64,000 nt of DNA, from contig OZ220734.1 in assembly GCA_965116945.1 (NCBI GenBank), positions 2,589,740-2,653,739 of the forward strand, given 5' to 3'. This document shows, one piece after another, positions 49,916 to 59,822 of this stretch. The notes under the pieces were generated by a model. The model had not been told where the DNA came from. It ran no database searches and was given only the letters and a program-made list of their open reading frames with translations. The position numbers and the translations under genes were made by a program. Origin of the DNA: Dehalococcoidia bacterium (GTDB lineage Bacteria; Chloroflexota; Dehalococcoidia; Plut-88900). Numbering within the stretch: the first letter of the stretch is position 1; the number at the start of each line of letters is the position of its first letter.

Positions 49916-51294
49916 CTGATCTCCCCCGACTGCGCCGCCACCTTGTTCAGCTTCCGGCTCAGGTGCAGCCCTTCCAGTATGAACTCCACCCCGGATGCCA
50001 CCGTCGAAGGCTTATCACAACCCAGCTTCTCCAACCCTTTGTCGAATCCTCCCAGCTTCTTCACCAGCCGTCCGTGAGTCCGGGAATGGGACATATCCGT
50101 GAATACCACGTTTGCTCCCTCTTGAAACTGGGTTAAAAGCGCAGCGAAGTCGGCCGCCTCAAAGTACCGGGCGAACACGTTGCTCACTGCCCGATCCACC
50201 AGCCCATCCAACACCTGCTCGCTCCTCTCGTCTTCCACCGTTTCCAACTCCAGCTTGCCGAGCGTAGACGCCTTGAGGTACGTCAGGTCAGAAATCCTCG
50301 GGGCCGCCGTCTTCTCACCTGTGTTTAAGGCCCGACGCAGCGCGTTTCCCAACATGCTCTCGTAATTTGCAGTCGTGATCCTTACGCTCACACCCGACCT
50401 CTGGTTCACGTCCGGGCTCTGCCTCGCCAGCGCCGACACCTGTGCCACTATCTCTTTCATGAAGTGTGGAGTGATGGTCTTCCTGTCGTCTTCAAACCGC
50501 TGCGCCTCCGACTCCATGATTTCGATTTCCACTTCAGGTGTTTTCGGGTAGTGGGTCCTTATTTGCGCCCCATACCTGTCCTTCAAAGGCGTGATGATAC
50601 GGCCACGGTTCGTATAGTCCTCCGGGTTCGCACTCGCCACCACAAGGATGTCTAGGGGTAGCCGGATCTGGTACCCCTTCACCTGGACATCTCTTTCCTG
50701 CATCAGGTTGAAAAGCCCGACCTGCAGCCTCTCTACCAGGTCCGGCAGTTCGTTGATGCAGAAGATTCCCCGGTTAGTCCTCGGCACCAGTCCGTAGTGA
50801 ACTGTCAGTTCATCGGATAGGTAGCGGCCCTCTGTGACTTTGATCGGGTCAATGTCACCTATAAGGTCGGCCATCGTCACGTCGGGTGTAGCCAGCTTCT
50901 CCGCGTACCTGTCCTCCCGGCTTAACCACCCCACCGGAGCCCCATCCCCGAGTTCACTCACCTTGTCTCTGCACGCCCGACACACCGGCTCATACGGGTT
51001 GTCATTGATCTCACACCCCTCCATCACCGGCACTTCCTCGTCCAGCAAGCTCACCAGTCCCCTGATCATCCGACTCTTGGCTTGTCCCCTCTCCCCCAAC
51101 AGGATAATGTCCTGCCCGGCCAGTAGTGCATTTTCCATCTGGGGCAGCACCGTGTCCTCATATCCCAGGATCCCGTCGAACAGCTTCTCCCCCGACTCCA
51201 GCTTGTGGATCAGGTTACGCCTGACCTCTGCCTTTATGGATAGCGCCTCATAGCCCGACTCCCTAAGCTCCCCGACAGTACTCGGTTTCGACAT
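49903..51294 (-). CDS. AAA+ ATPase of the Mg-chelatase ChlI-like class
   Basis: GERGQAKS Walker A variant, EKLATPD..ADLIGDIDP and ANPEDYTNRGRII. Confidence 0.85.
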   Translation of the reverse strand: MSKPSTVGELRESGYEALSIKAEVRRNLIHKLESGEKLFDGILGYEDTVLPQMENALLAGQDIILLGERGQAKSRMIRGLVSLLDEEVPVMEGCEINDNPYEPVCRACRDKVSELGDGAPVGWLSREDRYAEKLATPDVTMADLIGDIDPIKVTEGRYLSDELTVHYGLVPRTNRGIFCINELPDLVERLQVGLFNLMQERDVQVKGYQIRLPLDILVVASANPEDYTNRGRIITPLKDRYGAQIRTHYPKTPEVEIEIMESEAQRFEDDRKTITPHFMKEIVAQVSALARQSPDVNQRSGVSVRITTANYESMLGNALRRALNTGEKTAAPRISDLTYLKASTLGKLELETVEDERSEQVLDGLVDRAVSNVFARYFEAADFAALLTQFQEGANVVFTDMSHSRTHGRLVKKLGGFDKGLEKLGCDKPSTVASGVEFILEGLHLSRKLNKVAAQSGEISYGA

Positions 51295-51323
51295 CTATTC
51301 CACCTTCAAATTTGTCCATCAAT

Positions 51324-51362
51324 CCCCTCTCCCTTGACGGGAGAGGGTTAGGGTGAGGGTGA
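51324..51362. repeat. REP-like hairpin element (CCCTCTCCC...GGGAGAGGG-TTAGGGTGAGGG type)
   Basis: CCCTCTCCC-ttgac-GGGAGAGGG stem followed by TTAGGGTGAGGGTGA, in intergenic DNA. Confidence 0.6.
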
Positions 51363-51465
51363 GTCCCAACCCCCCAAGAACGCCGCCCATGTTCCCAAAC
51401 CCCCCTCCCCCATGTCAAATTAGCCTCGCCTTGCGATATGCCCCCTCCGAATGTACGCTTTCCCC

Positions 51466-52632
51466 ATGTCATCCCTGACCCTCACCCCCCACACCCTCTC
51501 CCCTGAAGGCCAACTCATCGCCTCCGTAAACGGCAATTCCATTCCTATACCCCTCGCCATCTCCGGAGAAACCGTAGAGGTCGAAATTCGGGAGGGCAGG
51601 AAAAGAACTAAGACCGCCACCGTCACCCGGGTCATCCACCCCTCCCCCGACCGGGTGAATCCTCCATGCCCCTACTTCGGACAATGCGGCGGGTGCCAGT
51701 GGCAGCACATCGCCTACCCCCGCCAGCTTGAAATGAAACGAGACGTCCTGAGAGGTAATCTGGAGGAGACTGAGGGAATCTCAGAACCGTACATTGCCGA
51801 GACTATTCCCTCTCCATCTACGACCGGCTACAGGAACCACGCCCGCTTCTCAGTTAACAGGGAAGGCATACTCGGTTTCACCCGCACCGGCACCCGACGC
51901 GTCCTGGAAATAGAGCGTTGCCTCCTTATGAACGACCGCATAAACTCAGTTCTTGCGCAGCTCCGGGGCAAGGTACAAAGCCTGCGTCAGGTCTCCGTAA
52001 GGTGTGGAGTCGGAGCGGACAACCTGCTCGTTCAGCCGTCTCTCGAAATCTCCGGCCTGGACTTTGCGTCCGGCCAGACCCACTACACTGAATCGCTGTA
52101 CGGTTACCCGTTCCGGGTTTCCAGCCCTTCATTCTTCCAGGTCAACACCCCTCAGGCCGAGCGCATGGCCTCCGAGCTACGTGATCGCCTCCAACCCACC
52201 GGCAATGAACTCCTGGCTGACGCCTACGGGGGAGTCGGTACGTTCGCCGTCCTGCTCGCCCCTTACTACCGACAGATAATCACCCTCGAAGAGTCCCCCT
52301 CCGCCATTGAAGACGCCATTATCAACTGCCGGCCCTTCTCCAACATCAGCGTCGTTAAGGGCAAGTCCGAAGACGTCCTCCCCTCCCTGGACACCCGACC
52401 CGACGTCGTAATCCTCGACCCTCCTCGCTCCGGCTGCCACCCCACCGTCCTCGACTTCCTCACCAACCTGGCCCCACGAAAAATCGCCTACGTCTCCTGC
52501 GCCCCGGCCACCCTCGCCCGTGACCTGCGCATCCTAATTGCCGGCGGGTACAGGCTCAGGGAGGCTATTCCCATTGATATGTTCCCTCAGACCCATCACG
52601 TCGAGTCTATATCGATTTTGGAAAGGAACTGA
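51466..52632 (+). CDS. rlmD: 23S rRNA m5U methyltransferase (RlmD/TrmA family)
   Basis: TRAM domain, CPYFGQCGGCQWQ Fe-S motif, SFFQVN, DPPRSG, YVSC and DMFPQTHHVE. Confidence 0.88.
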   Translation: MSSLTLTPHTLSPEGQLIASVNGNSIPIPLAISGETVEVEIREGRKRTKTATVTRVIHPSPDRVNPPCPYFGQCGGCQWQHIAYPRQLEMKRDVLRGNLEETEGISEPYIAETIPSPSTTGYRNHARFSVNREGILGFTRTGTRRVLEIERCLLMNDRINSVLAQLRGKVQSLRQVSVRCGVGADNLLVQPSLEISGLDFASGQTHYTESLYGYPFRVSSPSFFQVNTPQAERMASELRDRLQPTGNELLADAYGGVGTFAVLLAPYYRQIITLEESPSAIEDAIINCRPFSNISVVKGKSEDVLPSLDTRPDVVILDPPRSGCHPTVLDFLTNLAPRKIAYVSCAPATLARDLRILIAGGYRLREAIPIDMFPQTHHVESISILERN

Positions 52633-52635
52633 CCC

Positions 52636-53295
52636 ATCTCACCCGAGATTCCTCCCACCCTGGTCCTCGCCTCCCGCTCTCCGAGGCGCAGCCAGATTAT
52701 GGACGCCCTCGGCATCCCCTACGAAGTCTGCCCCGCTGATATCGACGAAGCGTCCCTCCTTAGTTCATCATCCAGGCCCGAGGACCTCGCCCACAGGATC
52801 GCCCTCGCTAAGGCCGAAGCCGTCGCCAAACTCCGCCCGGAAGCACACATCCTCGCCGCCGACACCATCGTATGCCTTAGCAGTCGAGTCTTCGGTAAGC
52901 CCCAGGATCAGCGGGAGGCCAGGGAAATGCTGGTCGCCCTCAGAGGAAAACCCCACCGGGTGGTAACGGGCATCGCCCTTCTCCCACCCCACCCCTCCGA
53001 CCCCATAGTCGCCCACGTGAACACCTCAGTTCTCATGCGCCCTTACACCAACGAGGAAATTGAAGCATACATAGCAACAGGCTCCCCCATGGACAAAGCG
53101 GGAGCCTACGGCATCCAGGACACTGGCTTCCACCCCGCCGCTCCCGTCAACGGCTGCTACTACAACGTAGTCGGATTGCCTCTCTGCGCCGCATCGGAGA
53201 TGTTGAGGCAGGTTGGATTCCCGCCCGTCGTAGACCTGGCCGCTGCCTCGGCATGCGTCAGCCACCGCTGCCCCTTCGCCGGCCTGGGCTCCTAG
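52636..53295 (+). CDS. maf: Maf-family nucleotide pyrophosphatase (start uncertain, probably non-AUG)
   Basis: LVLASRSPRR lies upstream of the first ATG (52699); AADTIV, FGKP, DKAGAYGIQ and NVVGLP. Confidence 0.85.
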   Translation: MSPEIPPTLVLASRSPRRSQIMDALGIPYEVCPADIDEASLLSSSSRPEDLAHRIALAKAEAVAKLRPEAHILAADTIVCLSSRVFGKPQDQREAREMLVALRGKPHRVVTGIALLPPHPSDPIVAHVNTSVLMRPYTNEEIEAYIATGSPMDKAGAYGIQDTGFHPAAPVNGCYYNVVGLPLCAASEMLRQVGFPPVVDLAAASACVSHRCPFAGLGS

Positions 53296-54524
53296 CCTTC
53301 CTGCTCCCCACCCGATCTCTGCGTGATTATTAACCCAGCCATCGATATCATAATCGGGCACAACGCAGAAATAACCATCGCCAACTGCAGGCTACCCGTC
53401 GCCGTTTGAATGACGGCCACTAGCAGCGGTCCAACAAAACTCCCCAACCACAACATCGAAAACATCATTCCCTGCACAACCGCCGCCTCCCGAGGCAGTA
53501 TCCCCGGCAACTCGAACGGCAGCGATGTGAACGGGATCCAGAACCCACCACGGGCTAGACCGTTGATGATGAAGGTCGCCGTCAGTATTGGCAGAGACCC
53601 GGTGAACAGCACCGCAACGGATGTTACCGTGATGACCAGGCCTATGGCGATCAGCGGAATGCGGTAGCCCCCCATCCTCTTTATCACCGGCAGCATCACG
53701 AATCCCCCCGCCGCCACAACTACACCCACCACCCCAACTATGAAACCTGCCTGCACCAGGGACATGTCGAATTCTTCTTGCATGTACGTAGGCCAAAAAG
53801 TGAACTGGGACATCTGCGCAATCGCATACCCGAATATCGCAATTCCCAACAGCCATGGCTCTTTGTATTTGAACAGGCTCTTCATCGGGGAGCCTTCCTG
53901 CGATTGCTCCTGTTCCTGGAATTCCGCCGTCCTGTTCTCCCGGCCGAAGAGCAGCCACGCAACCGCCATGCCCACGCTGAAAAATCCCCAGGCATAAAGG
54001 GTCTTCCGCCAGTCGTTGTCGAACGCCTCCAGCAACATGGGCGCAACTACAAAGCTCACCGTCAGGCTCACCCCGAACACCGCGTTCAGTATCCCGCTGG
54101 ATAGCTGAATCTCCCTTTTGGGAAGCCATTGCCTCACCAAAAGCACCCGAGACGCCTCCCGCGCCACGGGCGTCAGACCGAATAGAAGCCTCCCGAGCAA
54201 CAGGATCGCGAAGCTGGGTGCCGCCGCCTGCATGAAAACGAATCCCGCCCCCAGGATCAGCGTAATGGCGGTCAGCAGCATCGGTTTGAATCGCGAAAAC
54301 CACAACCCGAATGGAATGGACAGGAAGAGACTGCCGACTATCGCCGAAGACCCGAGCCACCCCTGTTGCAGAGGCGAAAGCCCCATGTCTTCCGCCATCG
54401 CCGGGAGCAGCACCCCCAGCACCAATGCCCCCACCATCGCCGACGCATGCGCCACGTTGTAGGTCATCATCACTACCCAGCGGTAGGGTGATGGCCTGTT
54501 TATTTCCAAGGGAGTGGTCGTCAA
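53292..54524 (-). CDS. MFS transporter
   Basis: About 12 hydrophobic segments, YRWVV N-terminus and WLPKREI; paralog of the neighbour. Confidence 0.85.
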   Translation of the reverse strand: MTTTPLEINRPSPYRWVVMMTYNVAHASAMVGALVLGVLLPAMAEDMGLSPLQQGWLGSSAIVGSLFLSIPFGLWFSRFKPMLLTAITLILGAGFVFMQAAAPSFAILLLGRLLFGLTPVAREASRVLLVRQWLPKREIQLSSGILNAVFGVSLTVSFVVAPMLLEAFDNDWRKTLYAWGFFSVGMAVAWLLFGRENRTAEFQEQEQSQEGSPMKSLFKYKEPWLLGIAIFGYAIAQMSQFTFWPTYMQEEFDMSLVQAGFIVGVVGVVVAAGGFVMLPVIKRMGGYRIPLIAIGLVITVTSVAVLFTGSLPILTATFIINGLARGGFWIPFTSLPFELPGILPREAAVVQGMMFSMLWLGSFVGPLLVAVIQTATGSLQLAMVISALCPIMISMAGLIITQRSGGEQEG

Positions 54525-54527
54525 ATT

Positions 54528-55772
54528 CTATTTCTTGTTCGAAGGGCTCCGGTCCCGGAACAATAGCAGACCGGCGGCGGCCATTGTAAGCCCGAAGAAA
54601 GAGCTTACCACCATAGGCCACACCCGGTCTCCGGTCGCATCCCACGCAATCCCGACAAATGCGGGCCCCATAACCCCTCCCAACCTCCCCACCCCCTCTA
54701 TAAATCCCGACGCTACCGCAATCTGCCTGTGGCTAATATCCGGGATCTCGAACGGCACCGTCCATATCAGCCCTATGAAAGAAAACCCCACACCGTGAAG
54801 CACTGAATACGTCCACAACAACGGAAGGGACGTGGACATATTCATTCCCACCGCCGAGCCCACGAGAAGTGTCACCAAGCCCGCCACAATCAGCTTACGC
54901 GTTACTCTGGATCCCCGTTTCATCAACATCGCCGAAACCACAATGTTTCCTATCCCCTCGGAAATCGCCGCCGCCAGTAACATCCCCCCGGACACCGTCT
55001 CCTCAATCCCTCGCTCGTGAAGCATTAGCGTCGGCCACAGGGTCAATATGGGGAACTCCATCACCAGCATCCCCGTCATGCCGAGGCCCACCATCCATAC
55101 ATCCCTGTCCTTTAGCACACCCCATGGAGACCCTTCCTCCGCCTTCTCCTCGCCTCGTAGCCCGGGTACATTTATCGGCTGTTCCGTCCTGCGCTCCTTC
55201 CCAACCACGGCCCAAATCACCGTTACAACCATGAAAAGCGCTCCGTAGATCGTCAGAGTCCAGCGCCAGCTATCGTTCAGCCAGACCTGCAGGTACGGCG
55301 TCAACAGCAACGCAATTACCGCCGAGGCCCCATAGGTGGTATTGACCAGCCCGTTGACCATCACAATCTCGCGCTTCGGGAACCATTGTGCAGTCAACAC
55401 GGCCCGGGCCGGTTGCCGTGCCACGATGGCGACGCCAAAGGCAAGACGCGCTAGCAGCAGGACTGTGTAATTGGGCGCCCATGCCTGCACAATTACAAAC
55501 GCTGTCCCGAATGCCAGCGCTCCAAGCAACACTCTGCTGGCGTTGGGCTTCGAGAGCCACAGCCCCGCAGGCATCGACATGAGCATCGTCCCGATGAACA
55601 TGGACGAGCCCAGGAACCCCTGCTGTGATGAAGATAGCCCCAGGTCCTCCGATATGTTGGGCAGCATTATGCCCAGCGAGAGCATGATCAGAGAGTTCAG
55701 GATGTTCGATAGGCCCAGGAAGGCCAGTACGACAAATCTGAACTTGGGATATCCCCCGTCTCCCGACTCTAT
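54528..55772 (-). CDS. MFS transporter (5' end anomalous)
   Basis: Multi-TM protein with WFPKREI. TM1 (PKFRFVVLAFLGL) is encoded in frame upstream of the first ATG at 55685. Confidence 0.75.
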   Translation of the reverse strand: MESGDGGYPKFRFVVLAFLGLSNILNSLIMLSLGIMLPNISEDLGLSSSQQGFLGSSMFIGTMLMSMPAGLWLSKPNASRVLLGALAFGTAFVIVQAWAPNYTVLLLARLAFGVAIVARQPARAVLTAQWFPKREIVMVNGLVNTTYGASAVIALLLTPYLQVWLNDSWRWTLTIYGALFMVVTVIWAVVGKERRTEQPINVPGLRGEEKAEEGSPWGVLKDRDVWMVGLGMTGMLVMEFPILTLWPTLMLHERGIEETVSGGMLLAAAISEGIGNIVVSAMLMKRGSRVTRKLIVAGLVTLLVGSAVGMNMSTSLPLLWTYSVLHGVGFSFIGLIWTVPFEIPDISHRQIAVASGFIEGVGRLGGVMGPAFVGIAWDATGDRVWPMVVSSFFGLTMAAAGLLLFRDRSPSNKK

Positions 55773-55838
55773 CTCAGACCCCTTTCAACTCCACAACACC
55801 GCATACTTCCCCATCAAAATAACGGCTATTCTAAATGA

Positions 55839-56636
55839 TTGCCTCAAAGCCATAATAGACAGGTCTTATTCCTGTTTCCATCTCTGCCTTTTAGGTATAA
55901 TTTCTTCGAATCCCGCCCCTGTTTTCATTTCCGCCCTGGAAGGTGTGCTGTGTCTCACAGCTGTTCCGTGGACGAACTCCCCGAACCCCAGGACCTTGAC
56001 TCGGAATTAAGCCAGTCGCCGACCCCGAGCCACGGCATGTTTTCGGGCATCCGTCTGCTTTTCGAAAGAGCCGGGATCGGACGGCAGCACTTGATAGCCG
56101 GCATGGCTATCGCCGCTATTGGGTTCAGCATCGGCGCGTTTTTCCTACACGACTACCTGCTTGATGAGAAAAGCCTCATCTCCCTCGGCTACGCTGGGGT
56201 ATTCATCTTCACATTCCTCGGTGCAGCCACCATTTTCCTGCCCAGCGCCAGCAGCCTCGTGGTTATCGGCGCCGGCGCCTGGCTCAACCCCTTCCTTGTG
56301 GGCTTGGTTGCCGGCCTCGCCGCAACCCTCGGGGAAATAACGGGCTACGCCATAGGCTACGAGGGTGGAGAGCTCCTTGAAAAGCGCAGCAGGCTCTTCG
56401 CCCGAGCCAAGGGCTGGATGGAAAATCGGGGAACCGTCACCCTGTTTCTCCTCTCCATCATCCCAAATCCCGCCTTCGACGCCGCCGGACTCGCCGCCGG
56501 GGCCATCAAGTTCCCCCTGAAAAGATTCCTGATCATCGTCTGGACCGGCAAGACCATTCAGGCCATAGTCGGGGCATACCTGGGCAACCAGACTTGGGGA
56601 TGGTTCTCCGGAATCGTAGATAGGGTCCTCTCCTGA
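55839..56636 (+). CDS. DedA/VTT (SNARE-associated) family membrane protein
   Basis: IFLP, GLAATLGEITGYAIG and IPNPAFDAAGLAAG; the true start is probably downstream of 55839. Confidence 0.8.
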   Translation: MPQSHNRQVLFLFPSLPFRYNFFESRPCFHFRPGRCAVSHSCSVDELPEPQDLDSELSQSPTPSHGMFSGIRLLFERAGIGRQHLIAGMAIAAIGFSIGAFFLHDYLLDEKSLISLGYAGVFIFTFLGAATIFLPSASSLVVIGAGAWLNPFLVGLVAGLAATLGEITGYAIGYEGGELLEKRSRLFARAKGWMENRGTVTLFLLSIIPNPAFDAAGLAAGAIKFPLKRFLIIVWTGKTIQAIVGAYLGNQTWGWFSGIVDRVLS

Positions 56637-56717
56637 CCCTTGACTGCTCAACCTGCACATCAATTGATGTAAAATTGCCTGGGTTCCGTAATACGCTCCC
56701 GCCTTAACAGAATTGCC

Positions 56718-57362
56718 ATGCCAACCTATTATCCTGCTTTCCTCAGCATCCAGGACCGGCCTTGCCTGGTTGTCGGAGGAGGCCAAATCGCCGAGCGAAA
56801 GGTGAAGGGCCTCCTGGACGCCTACGCCCAGGTCACCGTCGTCAGCCCCACCGTAACCCCCAGGCTCCAACGCCGCATTGAAAAGGGCCAGGTCACTCAC
56901 CTGCCAAGAAAGTTCCAATCTTCTGATCTGGACGGTTTCTACCTCCTGATAGCCGCCACCGACGACATGCCCTTAAACCGCCAGGTCGGCATTGAAGGCC
57001 GTAACCTTGGCTTGATCGTCAACGTCGTTGACGACACCCCCTACTGTGATTTCATTGCCCCATCCATTGTCCGTCGCGGTGACATCACCTTCGCCATTTC
57101 CACCGGCGGCGCCAGCCCGGCCCTTGCCCGTTGGCTTCGCCGCCAGGTCGAGGAGCAATTCCCTCCCGAATACAGCGGCCTCGCCAAGGTGATGTCCAAG
57201 GTCCGACTCCAGGTACGGGGCGAAGGTCACAATGTCAGCCCCACTAGATGGCAGAAGTCCATAGACGACGGTTTTCTATCTTTGATCAAACAACGCCGCC
57301 TCGCCGACGCCCGACGCTACCTTTTCACATCACTGACCGGCCGCAGCAAAGCTGGTAGGTGA
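56718..57362 (+). CDS. Precorrin-2 dehydrogenase / sirohydrochlorin ferrochelatase (SirC/Met8, CysG N-terminal-like)
   Basis: YYPAFL, VVGGGQIAERK, NVVDD...CDFIAP and ISTGGASPALA. Confidence 0.92.
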   Translation: MPTYYPAFLSIQDRPCLVVGGGQIAERKVKGLLDAYAQVTVVSPTVTPRLQRRIEKGQVTHLPRKFQSSDLDGFYLLIAATDDMPLNRQVGIEGRNLGLIVNVVDDTPYCDFIAPSIVRRGDITFAISTGGASPALARWLRRQVEEQFPPEYSGLAKVMSKVRLQVRGEGHNVSPTRWQKSIDDGFLSLIKQRRLADARRYLFTSLTGRSKAGR

Positions 57363-57375
57363 CCGGGGCGAGGCT

Positions 57376-58299
57376 GTGAAGCGCGCTATCAGACTCGGGA
57401 CACGGGCCAGCGATCTCGCTATGGCCCAGGCCCGTGAGGCCTCCGATGATCTATCTCGCGCCTTCCCAGACCTTCAAATCGCGATTGTCCCCATCCACGC
57501 CGTAGGAGATCGCGACAAGATTTCCCCAATAGCCAAGCTCAACGCACGCGGCGTCTTCGTATCTACCCTGGAAGACAAACTCAGATCCGGAGAAATCGAT
57601 GCCGCCATTCACAGCCTTAAGGACATGCCCACCGACGTAGAGCAGCACTTCACGCTCGCTTCCGTCCTGGAACGCCTCGACCCCAGGGACGCCCTACTGT
57701 CATCATCCCGCGCCGGATTGGACAAACTTCCATCAGACGCACGCGTCGGCACTGGTAGCCCTCGGCGCGCCGTCCAAATCAAAGCCGCCCGACCCGACCT
57801 CGAAATCACCCACATCCGCGGCAATATCGATACCCGCATCCGCAAGCTGGACAACGGAGATTACGACGCCATAGTTCTCGCCGCTGCCGGCCTGGTTCGC
57901 ATGGGCTGGCAGGACCGTATTTCCGAATATCTCCGCCCCGAGACCTGCCTCCCCGCCATGGGCCAGGGTGCACTCGCAGTTGAAACCCTCGCCGGCAACA
58001 CCGAAATTAACCGGCTATTCATGGAAACCCAACACACCCCCACCCGTCAGGCCGTCGACGCCGAAAGATCATTCCTTCGTGAACTCGGTAGCGGATGCCT
58101 GGCCCCAGTCACAGCGTATGCCAACGTCAACGGCGATTCACTAACGCTGTCCGGCATGGTCGGCCACCCCGAGACCTTTGAAATCATCACCGGTTCCATC
58201 CAGGGCAGCCCAGAACATCCCGAGTCCCTCGGTGTCCAACTCGCCAATCAATTGAAATCTAAAGGCGCAGCAGAGTTGCTCTCGGGGGTGACCGGATGA
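57376..58299 (+). CDS. hemC: Hydroxymethylbilane synthase
   Basis: GTRAS.LA, HSLKDMP, GTGSPRR, RGNIDTR and LGSGCLAP. Confidence 0.96.
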   Translation: MKRAIRLGTRASDLAMAQAREASDDLSRAFPDLQIAIVPIHAVGDRDKISPIAKLNARGVFVSTLEDKLRSGEIDAAIHSLKDMPTDVEQHFTLASVLERLDPRDALLSSSRAGLDKLPSDARVGTGSPRRAVQIKAARPDLEITHIRGNIDTRIRKLDNGDYDAIVLAAAGLVRMGWQDRISEYLRPETCLPAMGQGALAVETLAGNTEINRLFMETQHTPTRQAVDAERSFLRELGSGCLAPVTAYANVNGDSLTLSGMVGHPETFEIITGSIQGSPEHPESLGVQLANQLKSKGAAELLSGVTG

Positions 58300-59822
58300 G
58301 CAACGTCGGTTTCGTCGCCCTGGTCGGCGCGGGCCCCGGCGACCCGGGCCTCATTACCGTCAAGGCCCTCGAATACATCAAGCGCGCCGACCTTATCGTC
58401 TACGACCGACTCGTCAACCCCGACCTCCTTGACCACGCCCCCGAGACCTCCGAAAGAGTCTACGTCGGCAAAACACCCAAACACCACACCAGGACCCAGG
58501 ACGAAATCAACGAAATCCTCGTCGCCGAGGCCAAACAGGGAAGGCTTGTGGTCAGACTCAAGGGCGGCGACCCGTTCCTTTTCGGCAGAGGCGGAGAGGA
58601 AGCTGAGACCCTATCCGAAAACGGGATACCCTTTGAGATAGTTCCCGGCATCACCTCGGCAATCGCCGCCCCCGCCTACGCCGGCATCCCCGTCACCCAC
58701 CGAGACCTCTCCTCCTCCGTAGTCATAGTTACCGGCCACGAAGACCCTGAAAAGACCCGTGCCTCCGTCGATTGGGAAGCCCTCGCCCACGGCCCCGACA
58801 CCATCGTAGTTCTAATGGGGCTGGGTAACCTGGCCCCCATTACTAACAGTCTAATCGGGGCCGGCAAACCTCCCCACACCCCCGTCGCCTTAATCCAGGA
58901 TGCAACCACCCCCGACCAGAAAACCGTCAACGGCACACTGGCTGACATCGTAACGAAGGCCTCCGAAGCCGCTCTGCGACCCCCCTCGGTAGCTGTTATA
59001 GGGAAGGTGGCGACTCTCAGCGACAAAATCGCTTGGCACAATGCCCGCCCACTCTCAAACAAGCGGATACTCGTCACCCGAGCTCGCAAGCAGGCCAGCG
59101 CCCTAACCTTCAGGCTTGCCGCCCTCGGTGCAGAGGTAATAGAACTGCCCGCCATCGAAATTACCCAGTCCCCTGAACACAGGCAGGCCCTCAATACCGC
59201 AGTAGAGCACATTAGTGAATACGACTGGCTAGTCCTGACCAGCGTCAACGGCGTAAACCTCTTCTTCGATCGCCTCCAGGCCCTCGACGCCCGACCCGAA
59301 ACCTTCAATAGCCTAAAAGTCGCAGCCATAGGCCCCGAGACAGCCAGGGCCATCACAAAATACGGCTTTTCAGTCGAAGTCACTGCCTCAACATATACCG
59401 CCGAGGGTCTCCTTGACTCTCTGCGCCCCATCGAATTGCGGGGTTCCCGCATGTTGCTGGCAAGAGCCGAAGGCTCCCGTCCCATCCTCCCCGAAGGCTT
59501 GACCCGATTAGGCGCCACAGTCGATGAGTTCTGCATTTACGGTGCAACTGGTCCTCAGTCAATCCCGGAAAAAGCCATGGAACGTCTCACAAGCGGTGAT
59601 GTGGACATCGCCACCTTCGCAAGCTCCTCTACAGTCAAGAATCTGGCAGGCATATTGGAGGGCGATCTGGAGCCACTAAAGGAGGCAACCATCGCCTGCA
59701 TAGGCCCCGTCACAGCCTCCACAGCCCGAGAATTTGGTCTGAATGTAGCAATCGTGGCCAAGGAACACACCATACCCGGCCTGATTGACGCTATACTTAA
59801 GCAAGTAGGAGCTCAGCAATGA
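58296..59822 (+). CDS. cobA: Fused uroporphyrinogen-III C-methyltransferase / uroporphyrinogen-III synthase (CobA-HemD)
   Basis: [10 protein letters not shown] and [16 protein letters not shown]; C-terminal ILVTRA, TSVNGV, FASSSTV and CIGPVT. Confidence 0.93.
   Translation: MSNVGFVALVGAGPGDPGLITVKALEYIKRADLIVYDRLVNPDLLDHAPETSERVYVGKTPKHHTRTQDEINEILVAEAKQGRLVVRLKGGDPFLFGRGGEEAETLSENGIPFEIVPGITSAIAAPAYAGIPVTHRDLSSSVVIVTGHEDPEKTRASVDWEALAHGPDTIVVLMGLGNLAPITNSLIGAGKPPHTPVALIQDATTPDQKTVNGTLADIVTKASEAALRPPSVAVIGKVATLSDKIAWHNARPLSNKRILVTRARKQASALTFRLAALGAEVIELPAIEITQSPEHRQALNTAVEHISEYDWLVLTSVNGVNLFFDRLQALDARPETFNSLKVAAIGPETARAITKYGFSVEVTASTYTAEGLLDSLRPIELRGSRMLLARAEGSRPILPEGLTRLGATVDEFCIYGATGPQSIPEKAMERLTSGDVDIATFASSSTVKNLAGILEGDLEPLKEATIACIGPVTASTAREFGLNVAIVAKEHTIPGLIDAILKQVGAQQ

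Noticed and set aside
49903-51294. True magnesium chelatase implying phototrophy
   Set aside because: The sequence fits the stand-alone ChlI-like AAA+ class; no chlD/chlH or other bch genes are present.
53392-54645. 417-aa alternative-frame ORF overlapping the MFS gene, and similar long shadow ORFs (30171-31235, 62440-63462, 58676-59536)
   Set aside because: No domain motifs; explained by high GC and strand skew depleting stop codons in frames overlapping well-supported genes.
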